From: a virus
Lineage: Duplodnaviria > Caudoviricetes
Length of the DNA stretch: 55,922 nucleotides
Virus record (IMG/VR): IMGVR_UViG_3300025154_002045
Span: 1-55,922 of that record
Reading direction: 5' to 3' (one strand)
In this document: positions 16,864 through 26,669 of the stretch, in pieces
Numbering within the stretch: the first letter of the stretch is position 1
Layout: each line of letters starts with the position of its first letter
Notes under the pieces: generated by a model
What the model was told of the DNA's origin: nothing
The model's input: the letters and a program-made list of their open reading frames with translations, nothing else
Database searches by the model: none
Translations under genes and position numbers: made by a program

Positions 16864-16912
16864 AAGGGCTCGTGACCAATCGCTTAATTGCGAACGGTCA
16901 CGAGCCCTTTTT
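16864..16912 (+). terminator. Strong intrinsic terminator just downstream of the late promoter
   Basis: 14-bp perfect stem AAGGGCTCGTGACC/GGTCACGAGCCCTT followed by T-run. Confidence 0.75.
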
Positions 16913-16922
16913 CGTTATCCGA

Positions 16923-17058
16923 TTGTTTCCAGCTCCCTGATACCTCTCGGTCGAACATCCACTAGCTGTGATCGACCTCACACTGCACGGGACTCACGGG
17001 TTTCGTGTACATAAAAAAATTTCACAGCGGATGAGGGGGTGTCAGAGAGCTGGAACAA
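16923..17058 (+). ncRNA. Candidate structured leader RNA upstream of methyltransferase
   Basis: ~25-bp closing stem TTGTTTCCAGCTC.CTGATACCTCTC/GAGGGGGTGTCAG.GAGCTGGAACAA, two inner hairpins, possible pseudoknot GCTGTGA/TCACAGC. Confidence 0.55.
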
Positions 17059-17068
17059 TAAATATTTT

Positions 17069-18088
17069 ATGTTTAGCAAATTTCAATCATTACCAAGTTA
17101 CTTCGGCGGCAAGCGAAAGCTGGTCAAGTATATTTTTAAGCCGATCAAAAAGACCGAAGGAGTTTTTATAGACGCTTTTCTTGGCGGTGGATCAGTAAGT
17201 CTCTACGCCAAAGCAAAAGGATACAAAGTTATCGCAAACGACATCGCATTCCGATCCGCCATTATCGGCCGGGCCCTGATTTCCAACAACAGCGTAAAGA
17301 TTGAGACCGAGGATTTGGCGAGACTCTTCCTCGATGTTAAGCACGACGGCTTTATTCGCAAGAATTATTGCCCGAAAGTATTCACCAGCAAGATCGCCGA
17401 CTTCCTCGACACCGCAATCGTGAACGCACGAGCGGTCGAGAACGAAACCAAGCGACATCTCCTCCTGCACCTCCTCATAAAGTTTATTTTGTCCTGCCGA
17501 CAATTTGGAAAATTCACGCACACCAGAGACACGCTCGATCTTGAAGCTCGCAAATGGGAGTGGCCGCTCCGGTCCAAGTCTCATGCACCGAAAAACCTCC
17601 GCATGATCCAAAATCCGATGATGACTTTGGAAAAATTAAAAGACGAAATTAATCATGGCGTTTTCGATAATCATCAAGACAATGAAATACACCAAAAAGA
17701 CGTGTTCGAATTTCTCAAGAAAGTTACTGGTGATGTTGCTTATTTTGATCCTCCTTATCCTGGCTCTTCTTCCTACGAGGTTGAGTATGGGATCTTGGAT
17801 AACATCCTCGCCGGAAAAAAGCTCGACAACAAACCCAGTCCCTTCTCCAACAAAGATGCCGACGAATTTCTAGAGCGGATGTTCGAGTCGGCAAAGCACA
17901 TTCCGCAATGGGTTATCTCCCTCGGCCAGAACAAAGAGGACGTGGGAGTAAAGCCGGAGAAGCTTCTCGCAATGGTGCAGAAGCACCGCAAAGCGGAAGT
18001 GCAGATGCTCGATCACAAGTGGTCGGTATCGAACGCCGGAGGTCGAGGCCAAACAGACAACATTGAGTACATGATCGTAACCATATGA
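17069..18088 (+). CDS. DNA adenine methyltransferase (D12/Dam-like class)
   Basis: YFGGKRKL, DAFLGGGSVS, IAND, YFDPPY; start moved to ATG 17069. Confidence 0.9.
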   Translation: MFSKFQSLPSYFGGKRKLVKYIFKPIKKTEGVFIDAFLGGGSVSLYAKAKGYKVIANDIAFRSAIIGRALISNNSVKIETEDLARLFLDVKHDGFIRKNYCPKVFTSKIADFLDTAIVNARAVENETKRHLLLHLLIKFILSCRQFGKFTHTRDTLDLEARKWEWPLRSKSHAPKNLRMIQNPMMTLEKLKDEINHGVFDNHQDNEIHQKDVFEFLKKVTGDVAYFDPPYPGSSSYEVEYGILDNILAGKKLDNKPSPFSNKDADEFLERMFESAKHIPQWVISLGQNKEDVGVKPEKLLAMVQKHRKAEVQMLDHKWSVSNAGGRGQTDNIEYMIVTI

Positions 18089-18894
18089 CAAAACCAACAG
18101 CACAAATCAAGACAGTGAAAATTAAGGAATGCATTCCGAACTCTTGGAATCCCAACGAGATGAATGCACGCCAATTTACGTCGCTCAAGAAAGCGGTCAC
18201 CAAGTTCGGACAAACGAAGCCGATCCAAGTTGGCGTCTGGCCGAACATGAAAGTGAAAGATGGCTATGTCATTGTCGGCGGTTACCACACATGGAAAGTG
18301 CTGGGTGAACTAGGTAATACGGACATCGAAGCAAACGTCCACGAATTCAAAAGCGAGGACGAAGCGAAGCTTTACGGTTTGACCGACAACATTCACGGGT
18401 CCAACCAGCAACTGAAACTCGGTAAGCTCGCATACGAGCTGACGCAGAATGGCTACTCGATAAAAGAGATCGCAAGCAATCTCGGTGAGGAGGATATCAA
18501 CGTTAAGGATGCACTCGACCTCGTGAAAGATGAGATCGCAAAGAAAATGGTCGAGCTCAAGAATGCCGAGCGTGAGAACTTTGTCGCCCTGAACTTTATC
18601 GTCGACAAAGACCCGAAAGAAGCGGCCGATGATTTTATTACTGCCGTCACTGCCTTTGCCAAAACCAAAGGCGTGAAAGTCGCTAAGGCGACCAAGGACG
18701 TGAACGGCCAGAGAGAAACGATCGCCCTCTTGAGCTTCAACGTGACCAATCCGCAAAAGACGGTGATCGACGACGCACTCGCACACATCGCAAAGGTCGA
18801 GGGTGTGAGCGAGAGCAAGGCATTAGAGCATATTTGCTCGCAATTCCTGTTGACCATATCTGACCTTAACTCACCGAAACATGGCAAAAATTGA
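18085..18894 (+). CDS. ParB/Srx N-terminal domain protein
   Basis: PNSWNPN.M....F..L...V..FG...PI, IVGGYHTW. Confidence 0.8.
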   Translation: MTKPTAQIKTVKIKECIPNSWNPNEMNARQFTSLKKAVTKFGQTKPIQVGVWPNMKVKDGYVIVGGYHTWKVLGELGNTDIEANVHEFKSEDEAKLYGLTDNIHGSNQQLKLGKLAYELTQNGYSIKEIASNLGEEDINVKDALDLVKDEIAKKMVELKNAERENFVALNFIVDKDPKEAADDFITAVTAFAKTKGVKVAKATKDVNGQRETIALLSFNVTNPQKTVIDDALAHIAKVEGVSESKALEHICSQFLLTISDLNSPKHGKN

Positions 18895-19303
18895 TACTAA
18901 AAGTAAAAGGAGTCATGACGCAATACGCCTTAAATACGAAGGTGAATCTTATGATTCCATTTCTAAAAGTATCAAAACGCCGGTGGAAACGATCCGAAGC
19001 TGGTTCAAGCCGTCGGGGCCACTCAAAGCAGAGTACGAGAAATACTGCGATGAGCAGAACGAATTTAAGAAACGTGAAGCCCAAGACATCATCAAAAAGA
19101 ACATTGCGACTGCCGCTTCCATGCTCGTTGCCCTTATGGCCAGTGCAGATGATAACGTTAAATTTCGTGCCGCAAAAGAACTCCTCGACCGAGAGCTTGG
19201 AAGTCCGAAAGAGACTGTCGAGCACCGAGGTCTATTCGGAACAGACCTAAGCTATGAACAAATCCTCCGAAAAGCCAGAGAAAAACCCCCTCCAGATGGT
19301 TAA
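18881..19303 (+). CDS. Terminase small subunit (putative)
   Basis: N-terminal HTH, AAKELLDR motif, directly before TerL. Confidence 0.75.
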   Translation: MAKIDTKSKRSHDAIRLKYEGESYDSISKSIKTPVETIRSWFKPSGPLKAEYEKYCDEQNEFKKREAQDIIKKNIATAASMLVALMASADDNVKFRAAKELLDRELGSPKETVEHRGLFGTDLSYEQILRKAREKPPPDG

Positions 19304-20903
19304 TGACCTTATCGAAACGATGAGGATTTGTGACGCTGATCCACAAGAATTCATCGAACACTGTTTATCAATAAAAACCAAGAATCAGCAAACAGTTCTT
19401 TTACACCTGAATACCGCACAGACCATGATCCACGACAGGATCAAGAAACTGCGAGCACTCGGTAAGCCGATAAGAATGATCATCTTGAAAGCGAGACAGG
19501 AGGGGGTCTCTACTCTCTGCGAAGCTCTGATCTTCGAACGGACTGCCAGATTCGAGAACACAAACTCGCTTATAGTCGCACACGAACCGGAATCAACAGA
19601 CGCAATCTTTGCCATGAGTAAGCTCTTCTACGACTTACTGCCAATGTGGGCAAAGCCAATGCGACGGTACGACAATAAGAAACAGATGGTGTTTGAGAAT
19701 CCAGAGGAGAAGTCGAGAGCAAAAAACCCAGGACTGCGAAGCCGAATGGTTATCGCAACAGCCGAGAAAGCGAAAGTGGGCAGAGGGTTGACCCTCCACA
19801 ACTTTCACGGATCGGAAGTGGCATTCTGGAAAAATGCTAAAGACCTCATGCTCTCGGTACTACAAGCAATTCCGAACCTACCGAACACAAGCGTGTTCCT
19901 AGAGTCGACTGCCAACGGATTCGGAGGTGACGGCGAATACTTCTACAAGACCGTGCAAGACTCGCTTGCCGGTAAGAACGGATTCGAGCTCGTCTTCCTA
20001 CCGTGGCACTTGATGGACGAATACAGCACGCCATTTGCCGGAGATAAAGAAAAGATAAAGTTTTCCGAAACTCTGGACGAATACGAGAAAGGACTCAAGG
20101 CGTCGGCAAAACTGACCCTTGAACAACTCAACTGGCGACGCTGGGCAATCCAAAACCTCTGCGGAGGCGACGTCGAGAAGTTCAAGCAGGAATACCCAGC
20201 AACGATCGAGGAATCATTCGTTGCCTCAAGCAAGTCAGTGATCTCAAAGCAGTACATCGAAGCCCAAGGGAAATTCACCCGAAGCCCGATACGAAAGCTC
20301 GACGACATCCTGATCTACGAGGAACCGAATCCGAGACACTTCTACAGCTTAGGTGCAGACCCAAGCGAAGGGATCGGACAAGACGACTCTGCGATCACGA
20401 TCATCGACAAGATGACCGGCCGAGAGGTGGGATCGTACATCGGACAGATACAGCCGGACTTGTTTGCCAAGAAAATCAAACAGGCGGCCGAACTCTTCAA
20501 CGATGCACTGGCAGTAGTGGAAATAAACAATCACGGTCTAGCGGTAATCAACGCACTCAAAGGCGAATACTCGAATCTCTACCAACGCACGGTGTTCGAT
20601 AAGCAAGCGAATACCAAGCGCAAAGAGCTGGGATGGAAAACAAGCCAAACCACAAAGCCCCTCATGGTAGACGACTTCATCGCCGGATTGCGTGACGAGG
20701 ACATCGGACTCTCAAGCCAGACAACCGTAAGCCAGATGATGACGTTCGTACACACGAATGAAAGCAACCGGTACGGAATGGGTGCAGAGAGCGGACAGAA
20801 AGATGATGCCCTGATATCAGCGATGCTCGCATGGCAAGGATTGAAAGAACTACCAAGCGAAATGCCGATACAGAGAAAAGGTCGATCAATGAAACTTTAC
20901 TAA
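19254..20903 (+). CDS. terL: Terminase large subunit
   Basis: LKARQEGVS Walker A, HGSEVAFW Walker B, ESTANG, nuclease GADPSEG and KDDALIS; start could be 19296. Confidence 0.93.
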   Translation: MNKSSEKPEKNPLQMVNDLIETMRICDADPQEFIEHCLSIKTKNQQTVLLHLNTAQTMIHDRIKKLRALGKPIRMIILKARQEGVSTLCEALIFERTARFENTNSLIVAHEPESTDAIFAMSKLFYDLLPMWAKPMRRYDNKKQMVFENPEEKSRAKNPGLRSRMVIATAEKAKVGRGLTLHNFHGSEVAFWKNAKDLMLSVLQAIPNLPNTSVFLESTANGFGGDGEYFYKTVQDSLAGKNGFELVFLPWHLMDEYSTPFAGDKEKIKFSETLDEYEKGLKASAKLTLEQLNWRRWAIQNLCGGDVEKFKQEYPATIEESFVASSKSVISKQYIEAQGKFTRSPIRKLDDILIYEEPNPRHFYSLGADPSEGIGQDDSAITIIDKMTGREVGSYIGQIQPDLFAKKIKQAAELFNDALAVVEINNHGLAVINALKGEYSNLYQRTVFDKQANTKRKELGWKTSQTTKPLMVDDFIAGLRDEDIGLSSQTTVSQMMTFVHTNESNRYGMGAESGQKDDALISAMLAWQGLKELPSEMPIQRKGRSMKLY

Positions 20904-20904
20904 T

Positions 20905-22803
20905 ATGGCAACCACCAAAGAACTACAAAAATATAATAGCGAGTACGACGAAGCGAAAAAGAACTTCTTGTACTATTTCAAACCCGAATTTGATCGGGGT
21001 TATAAGCTGTTCTCGTCTTACAACGGAGATCGTGCCGCTGAACTGGAACAGACGAATGACGGTGAGATATGGCAGTCCAACGTTTTCATTCCCCAAGTAT
21101 TTGCATACATCAAGACGTTCCTCCAAAAGACCGTCGGCATTACCCCCGACTTTAAGCTCGATGGAAAGAACAGTGACGCAATGAAAGACTTGATCCTCTG
21201 GCTCTGGGAAGTAGGAATGAGTGACGACCTGATCGACTACTTCCTGCAGGTGTTTATTTGCGGAACGACAATAGGTAAAGACTTCTTGCGTAAGGAAACC
21301 AAGAAAAAGAGAAAGAAAGAGATAAGTATTGTCGAGAAAATAAAGAAACTCGTATTTAAAACCGAGACCTCCAAGATCACCTTCCGTCCGGACTTTGACC
21401 CTGTAGATATTTATAACTTCTATCCTCACCCAAGGATGAAAAAGATGGCCGATCCACTACCTGTATTCCACCGGTATGTGCTGACGCTGGACGAAATGAA
21501 AGCCCAGTATCCGGATGTACCAAAGAGTAAGTGGACGCAATTCGTGGACAAAGAGGGAGAGGTTACCAAGTCCGGTGGTGATATGACCGACTACGCATAC
21601 GTGCGAAAGGAAGTCTTAATCCAACTGCGTAAGAGTTTGAGAGAGACAACCAAAGCGTCATCTCCGATCCAAGGCAACCCGAATAATCCGGTCCAAATGC
21701 CAACAAGCGATGACAAGCTCTTCGAAGTCGTAGAGAGATGGACTGACGACGTGATGACCGTATTCCTACCAATGGACGGAACACCGATCGAGATCAAAGA
21801 CGGTGACAACCCATACGACCACCAATCGAAACCTTATTCCCGAACAGGCTTCTTCCCTCGAGCGTTCTCGTTTTACTGGCTCGGTATCCCGAAGCTCGTA
21901 GACCATTTGCAAGAACTCCTGAACTCCGTGACCAACCAGAGAGTGGACGCTATCACAATGAAAATTCACAGCATGATTGCGGCGGCACCGGTGGCTCTTC
22001 CCGGTTACAAACAATCAACCATCAGCATACGACCACTTGGAATCCTCTGGACGAATGACCCGAATTCCGTCAAAGAACTGAAGTTTGGCGACGTAAACTC
22101 CTCTGCGTTTATAGAACCCGATCACATCAAAGAAGCGATGCGTATCGCAGTCGGAATAGACGAATACACAACCACGGCCGGTGCAGACAGCAAACAAACT
22201 GCAACCGTTGCCTCATTCATGCGAGAAGCAACACTCGAGGGAGTAAAGCTTTTCCTGATCATGCTCCGAGGTTCGTACATCATGCACTTTGAGCACTGGA
22301 TTTGCATGATCAAGCAATTCTGGACAACCAAAGGCGTGGTGCCGGATAAGGCCGTCGCAATTCTCATGCGTCACGGACTTATAACCCCCGAAACAGAAAA
22401 CCTTGAAGGACTATTCGACTACGAATACGAAATGTCCCTCGAATCAACATCTGCCCTCGCTTCCTCGTCCGAACTCAAGAAAGCAAAAGACTTGGAACTC
22501 TGGGCTTTGATCAAAGACGTGAACGAAATCGTAGACACGGAAACCGGAACGGTCTACTCGGTAAAGAAGTTCAAGATACTGATGAAGCTCTTTGAGGATT
22601 ACGGCTGGGAGCCAACGAACTACATAAGCGAGACAAAGCAACCACCCGTCACTGCACCAATAGACGAAACAATCCCATCGGGAACTGGATCACCGGCCAC
22701 CGGTGACGCACCTGCAGTCGAACTGCCACCGGACGCAGTATCCGAGCAAGGACTGCCGGGTAACGAAATGGGTGCGATGCTCGGTAACGCAATGAAGCAA
22801 TAA
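20905..22803 (+). CDS. Portal protein
   Basis: 632 aa after TerL; VDIYNFYPHP, NPYDH..KPY, GIPKLV..LQ..LN...NQR.D podoviral portal patterns. Confidence 0.85.
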   Translation: MATTKELQKYNSEYDEAKKNFLYYFKPEFDRGYKLFSSYNGDRAAELEQTNDGEIWQSNVFIPQVFAYIKTFLQKTVGITPDFKLDGKNSDAMKDLILWLWEVGMSDDLIDYFLQVFICGTTIGKDFLRKETKKKRKKEISIVEKIKKLVFKTETSKITFRPDFDPVDIYNFYPHPRMKKMADPLPVFHRYVLTLDEMKAQYPDVPKSKWTQFVDKEGEVTKSGGDMTDYAYVRKEVLIQLRKSLRETTKASSPIQGNPNNPVQMPTSDDKLFEVVERWTDDVMTVFLPMDGTPIEIKDGDNPYDHQSKPYSRTGFFPRAFSFYWLGIPKLVDHLQELLNSVTNQRVDAITMKIHSMIAAAPVALPGYKQSTISIRPLGILWTNDPNSVKELKFGDVNSSAFIEPDHIKEAMRIAVGIDEYTTTAGADSKQTATVASFMREATLEGVKLFLIMLRGSYIMHFEHWICMIKQFWTTKGVVPDKAVAILMRHGLITPETENLEGLFDYEYEMSLESTSALASSSELKKAKDLELWALIKDVNEIVDTETGTVYSVKKFKILMKLFEDYGWEPTNYISETKQPPVTAPIDETIPSGTGSPATGDAPAVELPPDAVSEQGLPGNEMGAMLGNAMKQ

Positions 22804-22808
22804 CGCAT

Positions 22809-23048
22809 ATGACTAAAACACTCAACAAAGAAATAGAAGCAACGATCAGCAACTTGTATGAGACCAAGTATTTTGAAGCGTTGTCAGAGCTTATTGCGAA
22901 CGAACTCGATATCACAAAGACGTGGCTACTCAACAAACAACTGACTGCCGACGAGATTCGGTTTTATCAAGGTCGAGCCGAAGGACTCGGGGTCATCCTG
23001 ATCCAGATAAAAGCTATTCACGATGAATATATGAAAACACCAACATAA
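22809..23048 (+). CDS. Small conserved phage protein after portal
   Basis: 79 aa, IRFYQGRAEGL motif typical of the portal-scaffold interval. Confidence 0.7.
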   Translation: MTKTLNKEIEATISNLYETKYFEALSELIANELDITKTWLLNKQLTADEIRFYQGRAEGLGVILIQIKAIHDEYMKTPT

Positions 23049-23064
23049 CATCTCCCAACCACAA

Positions 23065-23128
23065 GGAAATCGCCAAACTTTTTGAGGGGTTCAGCTGGCC
23101 TCTTAAGATGGGATTTCTGGCGATTTCC
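23065..23128 (+). ncRNA. Structured intergenic element before scaffold gene
   Basis: Perfect 11-bp stem GGAAATCGCCA/TGGCGATTTCC enclosing a second hairpin. Confidence 0.4.
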
Positions 23129-23143
23129 ACATCTTGAGAGACC

Positions 23144-23176
23144 AACCGAGCCTCCCGAAAAGGGGCTCGGTTTATT
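23144..23176 (+). terminator. Intrinsic terminator inside late operon
   Basis: AACCGAGCCTC-loop-GGGGCTCGGTT followed by TATT. Confidence 0.6.
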
Positions 23177-23242
23177 AATTTGCAGACGCCAACGTGCCGA
23201 CCGTGATCGGATACCGAGGAACAATCTGCGACTAACACGCCT

Positions 23243-24091
23243 ATGAACGACAAAAACAATTCCGGCGCCGAACCGAACACACCGTCATTCGACGATGCAG
23301 TCGGTAAGGAACAACCGGTCAATTCAATCCCGTCAGGCACCTCAACAGAGGAACAACCTGACAAAAAACCAGACGCCAACGGTGATAAGCCCGAGGATCA
23401 ATCTGGCGTAAAGCCAAACGATAAGAGCGAAAGTCCCGAGGACAAAGACAAGAAGTCCGAGGGCGACAACACCTTCTGGGGCAAGTTCAAGAGCGAGGAC
23501 GATGCTAAACGCTCCTACGACGAAGCCCAGACCAAGATTATCGACCAAGGCAAAGAGATCAACGATCTCAAAACCGGAAGCGAGAAAAACCAACAGTTTC
23601 TCTCGATACTCGATAAAGCCTTGACCAAGAATCCGCAACTAGCCGAACAGCTGAAAGCGAGTCTCGCCGAAGCTATGAAAGCCAGCGATGCAGAACCAGA
23701 GGATGAACCGGACATCGACACTCTTCTCGACAAGAAGCTCGAGGAACGGGAAACGAAAGCCAAGACCAAAACAGAGATCGACAAATGGATCTCGGAACAC
23801 GAGGACTTCAAAACTCCTGAGATTGGTCATCAGATTCTCGATCTTATCGAGAAAGAAAAGCTTCCGTTTAATGCCCGAACGCTTCAACTGGCCTACGACT
23901 CCGTAACCAAGGATTCGCAGACAAAGAAAGCGGCCGACGAAGCTCTCAAGAAAGAGGAAGTCAAAAATCTCGAAAGAGAGAATGCGTCCGGCGTCGGTGG
24001 TGGCCAACCGGCCAACAAAGGCAAGACCTCCGAAGAGAGTCCATTCGACGATCTCGTCGGTGAGAGCATCAACCCTAATCGAGTTAAGTAA
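23243..24091 (+). CDS. Capsid scaffolding protein
   Basis: Acidic low-complexity N-terminus, GKFKS.DD...SY motif, coiled coil, precedes MCP. Confidence 0.8.
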   Translation: MNDKNNSGAEPNTPSFDDAVGKEQPVNSIPSGTSTEEQPDKKPDANGDKPEDQSGVKPNDKSESPEDKDKKSEGDNTFWGKFKSEDDAKRSYDEAQTKIIDQGKEINDLKTGSEKNQQFLSILDKALTKNPQLAEQLKASLAEAMKASDAEPEDEPDIDTLLDKKLEERETKAKTKTEIDKWISEHEDFKTPEIGHQILDLIEKEKLPFNARTLQLAYDSVTKDSQTKKAADEALKKEEVKNLERENASGVGGGQPANKGKTSEESPFDDLVGESINPNRVK

Positions 24092-24151
24092 CGCTTATAA
24101 GGTTCGAATGGCCTGTGAGCGGTTGCTAACTCTTAACCTAAACAACAACCT

Positions 24152-25375
24152 ATGGCTGAACCAAATCACATCATCGGATCGAGGGACACACTGACCATTG
24201 AGCAGAGTCAGCGTATTCCTGATGTCGATGACAAAATTTTCCTCCTTGAACCGGGAGAGTCACCGCTCACTGCCTTCTTGACCCAGATCGGAAAGATCGG
24301 AGACGGCGGGGGCAAGTTCAAGGGACACGCTCTTCAAAAAAGAGTCGTGTACAACCCCGAATTCACGGAATACGAGGATCAGTATTCCGGCGTCTGGGCA
24401 CAGATCAACAACGGTGCTGGATATGCATCCGGCGCAACTGCTCTTGTTGTAGACAACCCAGGTGCTTCGATCTTCACCAAGTTCGACCTGATCAAGAACA
24501 CTCGAACCGGTGAAATCATGCGTGTCACTGCAGTCGATTACTCAACACTAACCCTCACGGTAACTCGTGGAGCTGGTGCAACTGCGGCCGCCGCCATTAA
24601 CGATAACGATTGGTTGCTCGTTATAGGCCCTGCTTTTGAGGAAGGTTCGAAATCTGGTGATTCCAATACGACCAAGCTCGTAAAGGTCACCAACTACACT
24701 CAAATCTTCAAGACGAAGTTCGGCGTGACCCAAACCGAGAATGCATCAAAGCTCTATCCGTCCGGCAACCCCGGTGCGGACTTGAAGTACCTCCGAGCAA
24801 AACACGGTATCGAACAGGCAAAGAAAATCGAACGTGCGTACTGGTTCGGTGAAAAGAAAGAAGTAACCGGTCCAGACGGCAAACCGCTTCGCCTCTCCGG
24901 AGGAATCCTAGAAGCGATCACTGCCGCCGGAAGCGTACAGGACGAAGCCGGATCAGCTCTTACCGAGCCTGAGTTCCGCACTTTCCTCCAGAACTACGCA
25001 TTCAAGTACGGATCATCCGAGAAGTATTTCTTCTGTGGCAACACCGTACTCGGATACTTGGAAAGCTTTGCCACTTCCAAGATGTACATCGTACCGAGCG
25101 ATAAGACTTACGGCGTAGAAATCCGTAAGTTCCAGTCGTCATTCGGAACGCTGAACATTGTCCGCCACCCGATGTTCGACAACCAGTATGCCGGTATAGG
25201 CGTAGTGGTCGATCTCTCCACGCTTAAGCACTGTCCGCTGAATGGCCGAGACACCAATCTCGAAACCAACATTCAGGACAACGATGCTGACGAGGAAGTC
25301 GATCAGTACAAGACCGAAGCCGGTCTGCAGAGAGTCAACTTCGAAAAGAACGCACTCCTCAAGGGCGTCGCCTAA
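24152..25375 (+). CDS. Major capsid protein (SU10/DUF5309-like)
   Basis: DV.DKI..L.P.ESPL, EEG, NYTQIF, IERAYWFG, GGI, FQSSFGTLNIV.HP, EAGL. Confidence 0.88.
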   Translation: MAEPNHIIGSRDTLTIEQSQRIPDVDDKIFLLEPGESPLTAFLTQIGKIGDGGGKFKGHALQKRVVYNPEFTEYEDQYSGVWAQINNGAGYASGATALVVDNPGASIFTKFDLIKNTRTGEIMRVTAVDYSTLTLTVTRGAGATAAAAINDNDWLLVIGPAFEEGSKSGDSNTTKLVKVTNYTQIFKTKFGVTQTENASKLYPSGNPGADLKYLRAKHGIEQAKKIERAYWFGEKKEVTGPDGKPLRLSGGILEAITAAGSVQDEAGSALTEPEFRTFLQNYAFKYGSSEKYFFCGNTVLGYLESFATSKMYIVPSDKTYGVEIRKFQSSFGTLNIVRHPMFDNQYAGIGVVVDLSTLKHCPLNGRDTNLETNIQDNDADEEVDQYKTEAGLQRVNFEKNALLKGVA

Positions 25376-25479
25376 ATGGATTAGAGGCTCTGTTCTGACT
25401 TGCTGGCCTCCACCTTGCGTGGAAGCCAGAAGTCAGGGCGGAGGCCGAAATTACAAACATTAATCACTCAAACTTACTT

Positions 25480-25836
25480 ATGGCTAAATTCAATTCACAC
25501 ATCAAAAGTCTGCGAATCGTACTCAAGCCCGCCCAGCCGATATTCGAGGGAGGCCTCAAGATCGGCGACACTCCAGGCGAGTACGCACAATTCTCGGACG
25601 GACAATTCGAGACCGCAAACGAGGAACACCTTTCCAAGTTAGCAAGTCTCTCAACATTCGGCATCGATTTCTGGAAAGTATCCGAGGAATCTTCACCGAT
25701 TGATCCGCCGACGGTCGACGGCGAACTACAGAAGCTCACCAAAAAGGAATTACAGACCTTGGCCGGTGAAAAAAACGTCGAGCTGGACGGAACAGAAACC
25801 AAAGACCGCCTGATCGAACTTCTGCAAGGCAGATAG
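25480..25836 (+). CDS. Phage protein with C-terminal HeH/Rho-N-like motif
   Basis: LQKLTKKELQTLA....V......TKDRLIELL. Confidence 0.7.
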   Translation: MAKFNSHIKSLRIVLKPAQPIFEGGLKIGDTPGEYAQFSDGQFETANEEHLSKLASLSTFGIDFWKVSEESSPIDPPTVDGELQKLTKKELQTLAGEKNVELDGTETKDRLIELLQGR

Positions 25837-25870
25837 ACCGACATGAGGTCGTAAATAACACACCAATCTT

Positions 25871-26650
25871 ATGGCAATCATATCAGCAGACCTAAAAGAA
25901 TATGAGTCAAATAGTGCCAACTCAGACGGCGGTGAGATCACGGCAGTAGAAGTCGTGGACAACGTCGACAACAACCTCTTCACCGACATAACCGGTGACG
26001 AAGCGGCCGCCGGTGGCACTGAATACCGAAAGGCCTTCCGAAAGAATACGCACGGATCACTTTCGTGGCAGAACGTCGTGACGTGGCTTCAATCACAACC
26101 GACCAACGCCGCTCTTTCGTTCGGATTCGGGATCGATCATGCCGATGATGACGAGGGTGCTCAAGGAAACATGTCGGCATTCTCCGCAAACGCAGTCGTT
26201 GCAGTCGTCTCCGATGGTGCTGACACTCGACAAGTGACAGTCGTCGGCGAGGATGCGTCCGGAAACAGACAGGCGGAAAACCTGACGCTAAACGGTACCA
26301 CCGAAGTCGTGGGTGCTCTGACGTTCTCCAAACTCTACGGTGCTTATGTGGCATCGCTCTCTGGATCACGCATTGTGACAATCCGACAAGGATCGGGAGG
26401 CACTACCCGAGGCACCATCGGAGTAAACAAAAAGACCAGTTTTATCTGGTACGGCAGAGTCTACTCCGGAGGATCTCCTATCGATGCCGAAGGAGGAAAC
26501 ATGGCAAACAAAGCGGCCGGAATGGAACACGGTGATATTGCGTCCGGTGGAAACTTCGGACTCTGGTATCGCCTGACATGGCCAGCTGGGGCCGGTGCAG
26601 TGACCGCCAATTCAACCCAAGTGAAGTCCGAGGGAGACACGGCGGCGTAA
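25871..26650 (+). CDS. Putative virion structural/decoration protein
   Basis: Gly/Thr/Ser-rich beta-type composition, NNLF.DITG.E...G..EYR motif, position after capsid. Confidence 0.6.
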   Translation: MAIISADLKEYESNSANSDGGEITAVEVVDNVDNNLFTDITGDEAAAGGTEYRKAFRKNTHGSLSWQNVVTWLQSQPTNAALSFGFGIDHADDDEGAQGNMSAFSANAVVAVVSDGADTRQVTVVGEDASGNRQAENLTLNGTTEVVGALTFSKLYGAYVASLSGSRIVTIRQGSGGTTRGTIGVNKKTSFIWYGRVYSGGSPIDAEGGNMANKAAGMEHGDIASGGNFGLWYRLTWPAGAGAVTANSTQVKSEGDTAA

Positions 26651-26669
26651 ACGGAAAGATCGATAAGCT

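Noticed and set aside
24084-24130. Hairpins before and after the capsid gene (also about 25392-25439)
   Set aside because: Ordinary stabilising or terminating stems around a highly expressed gene
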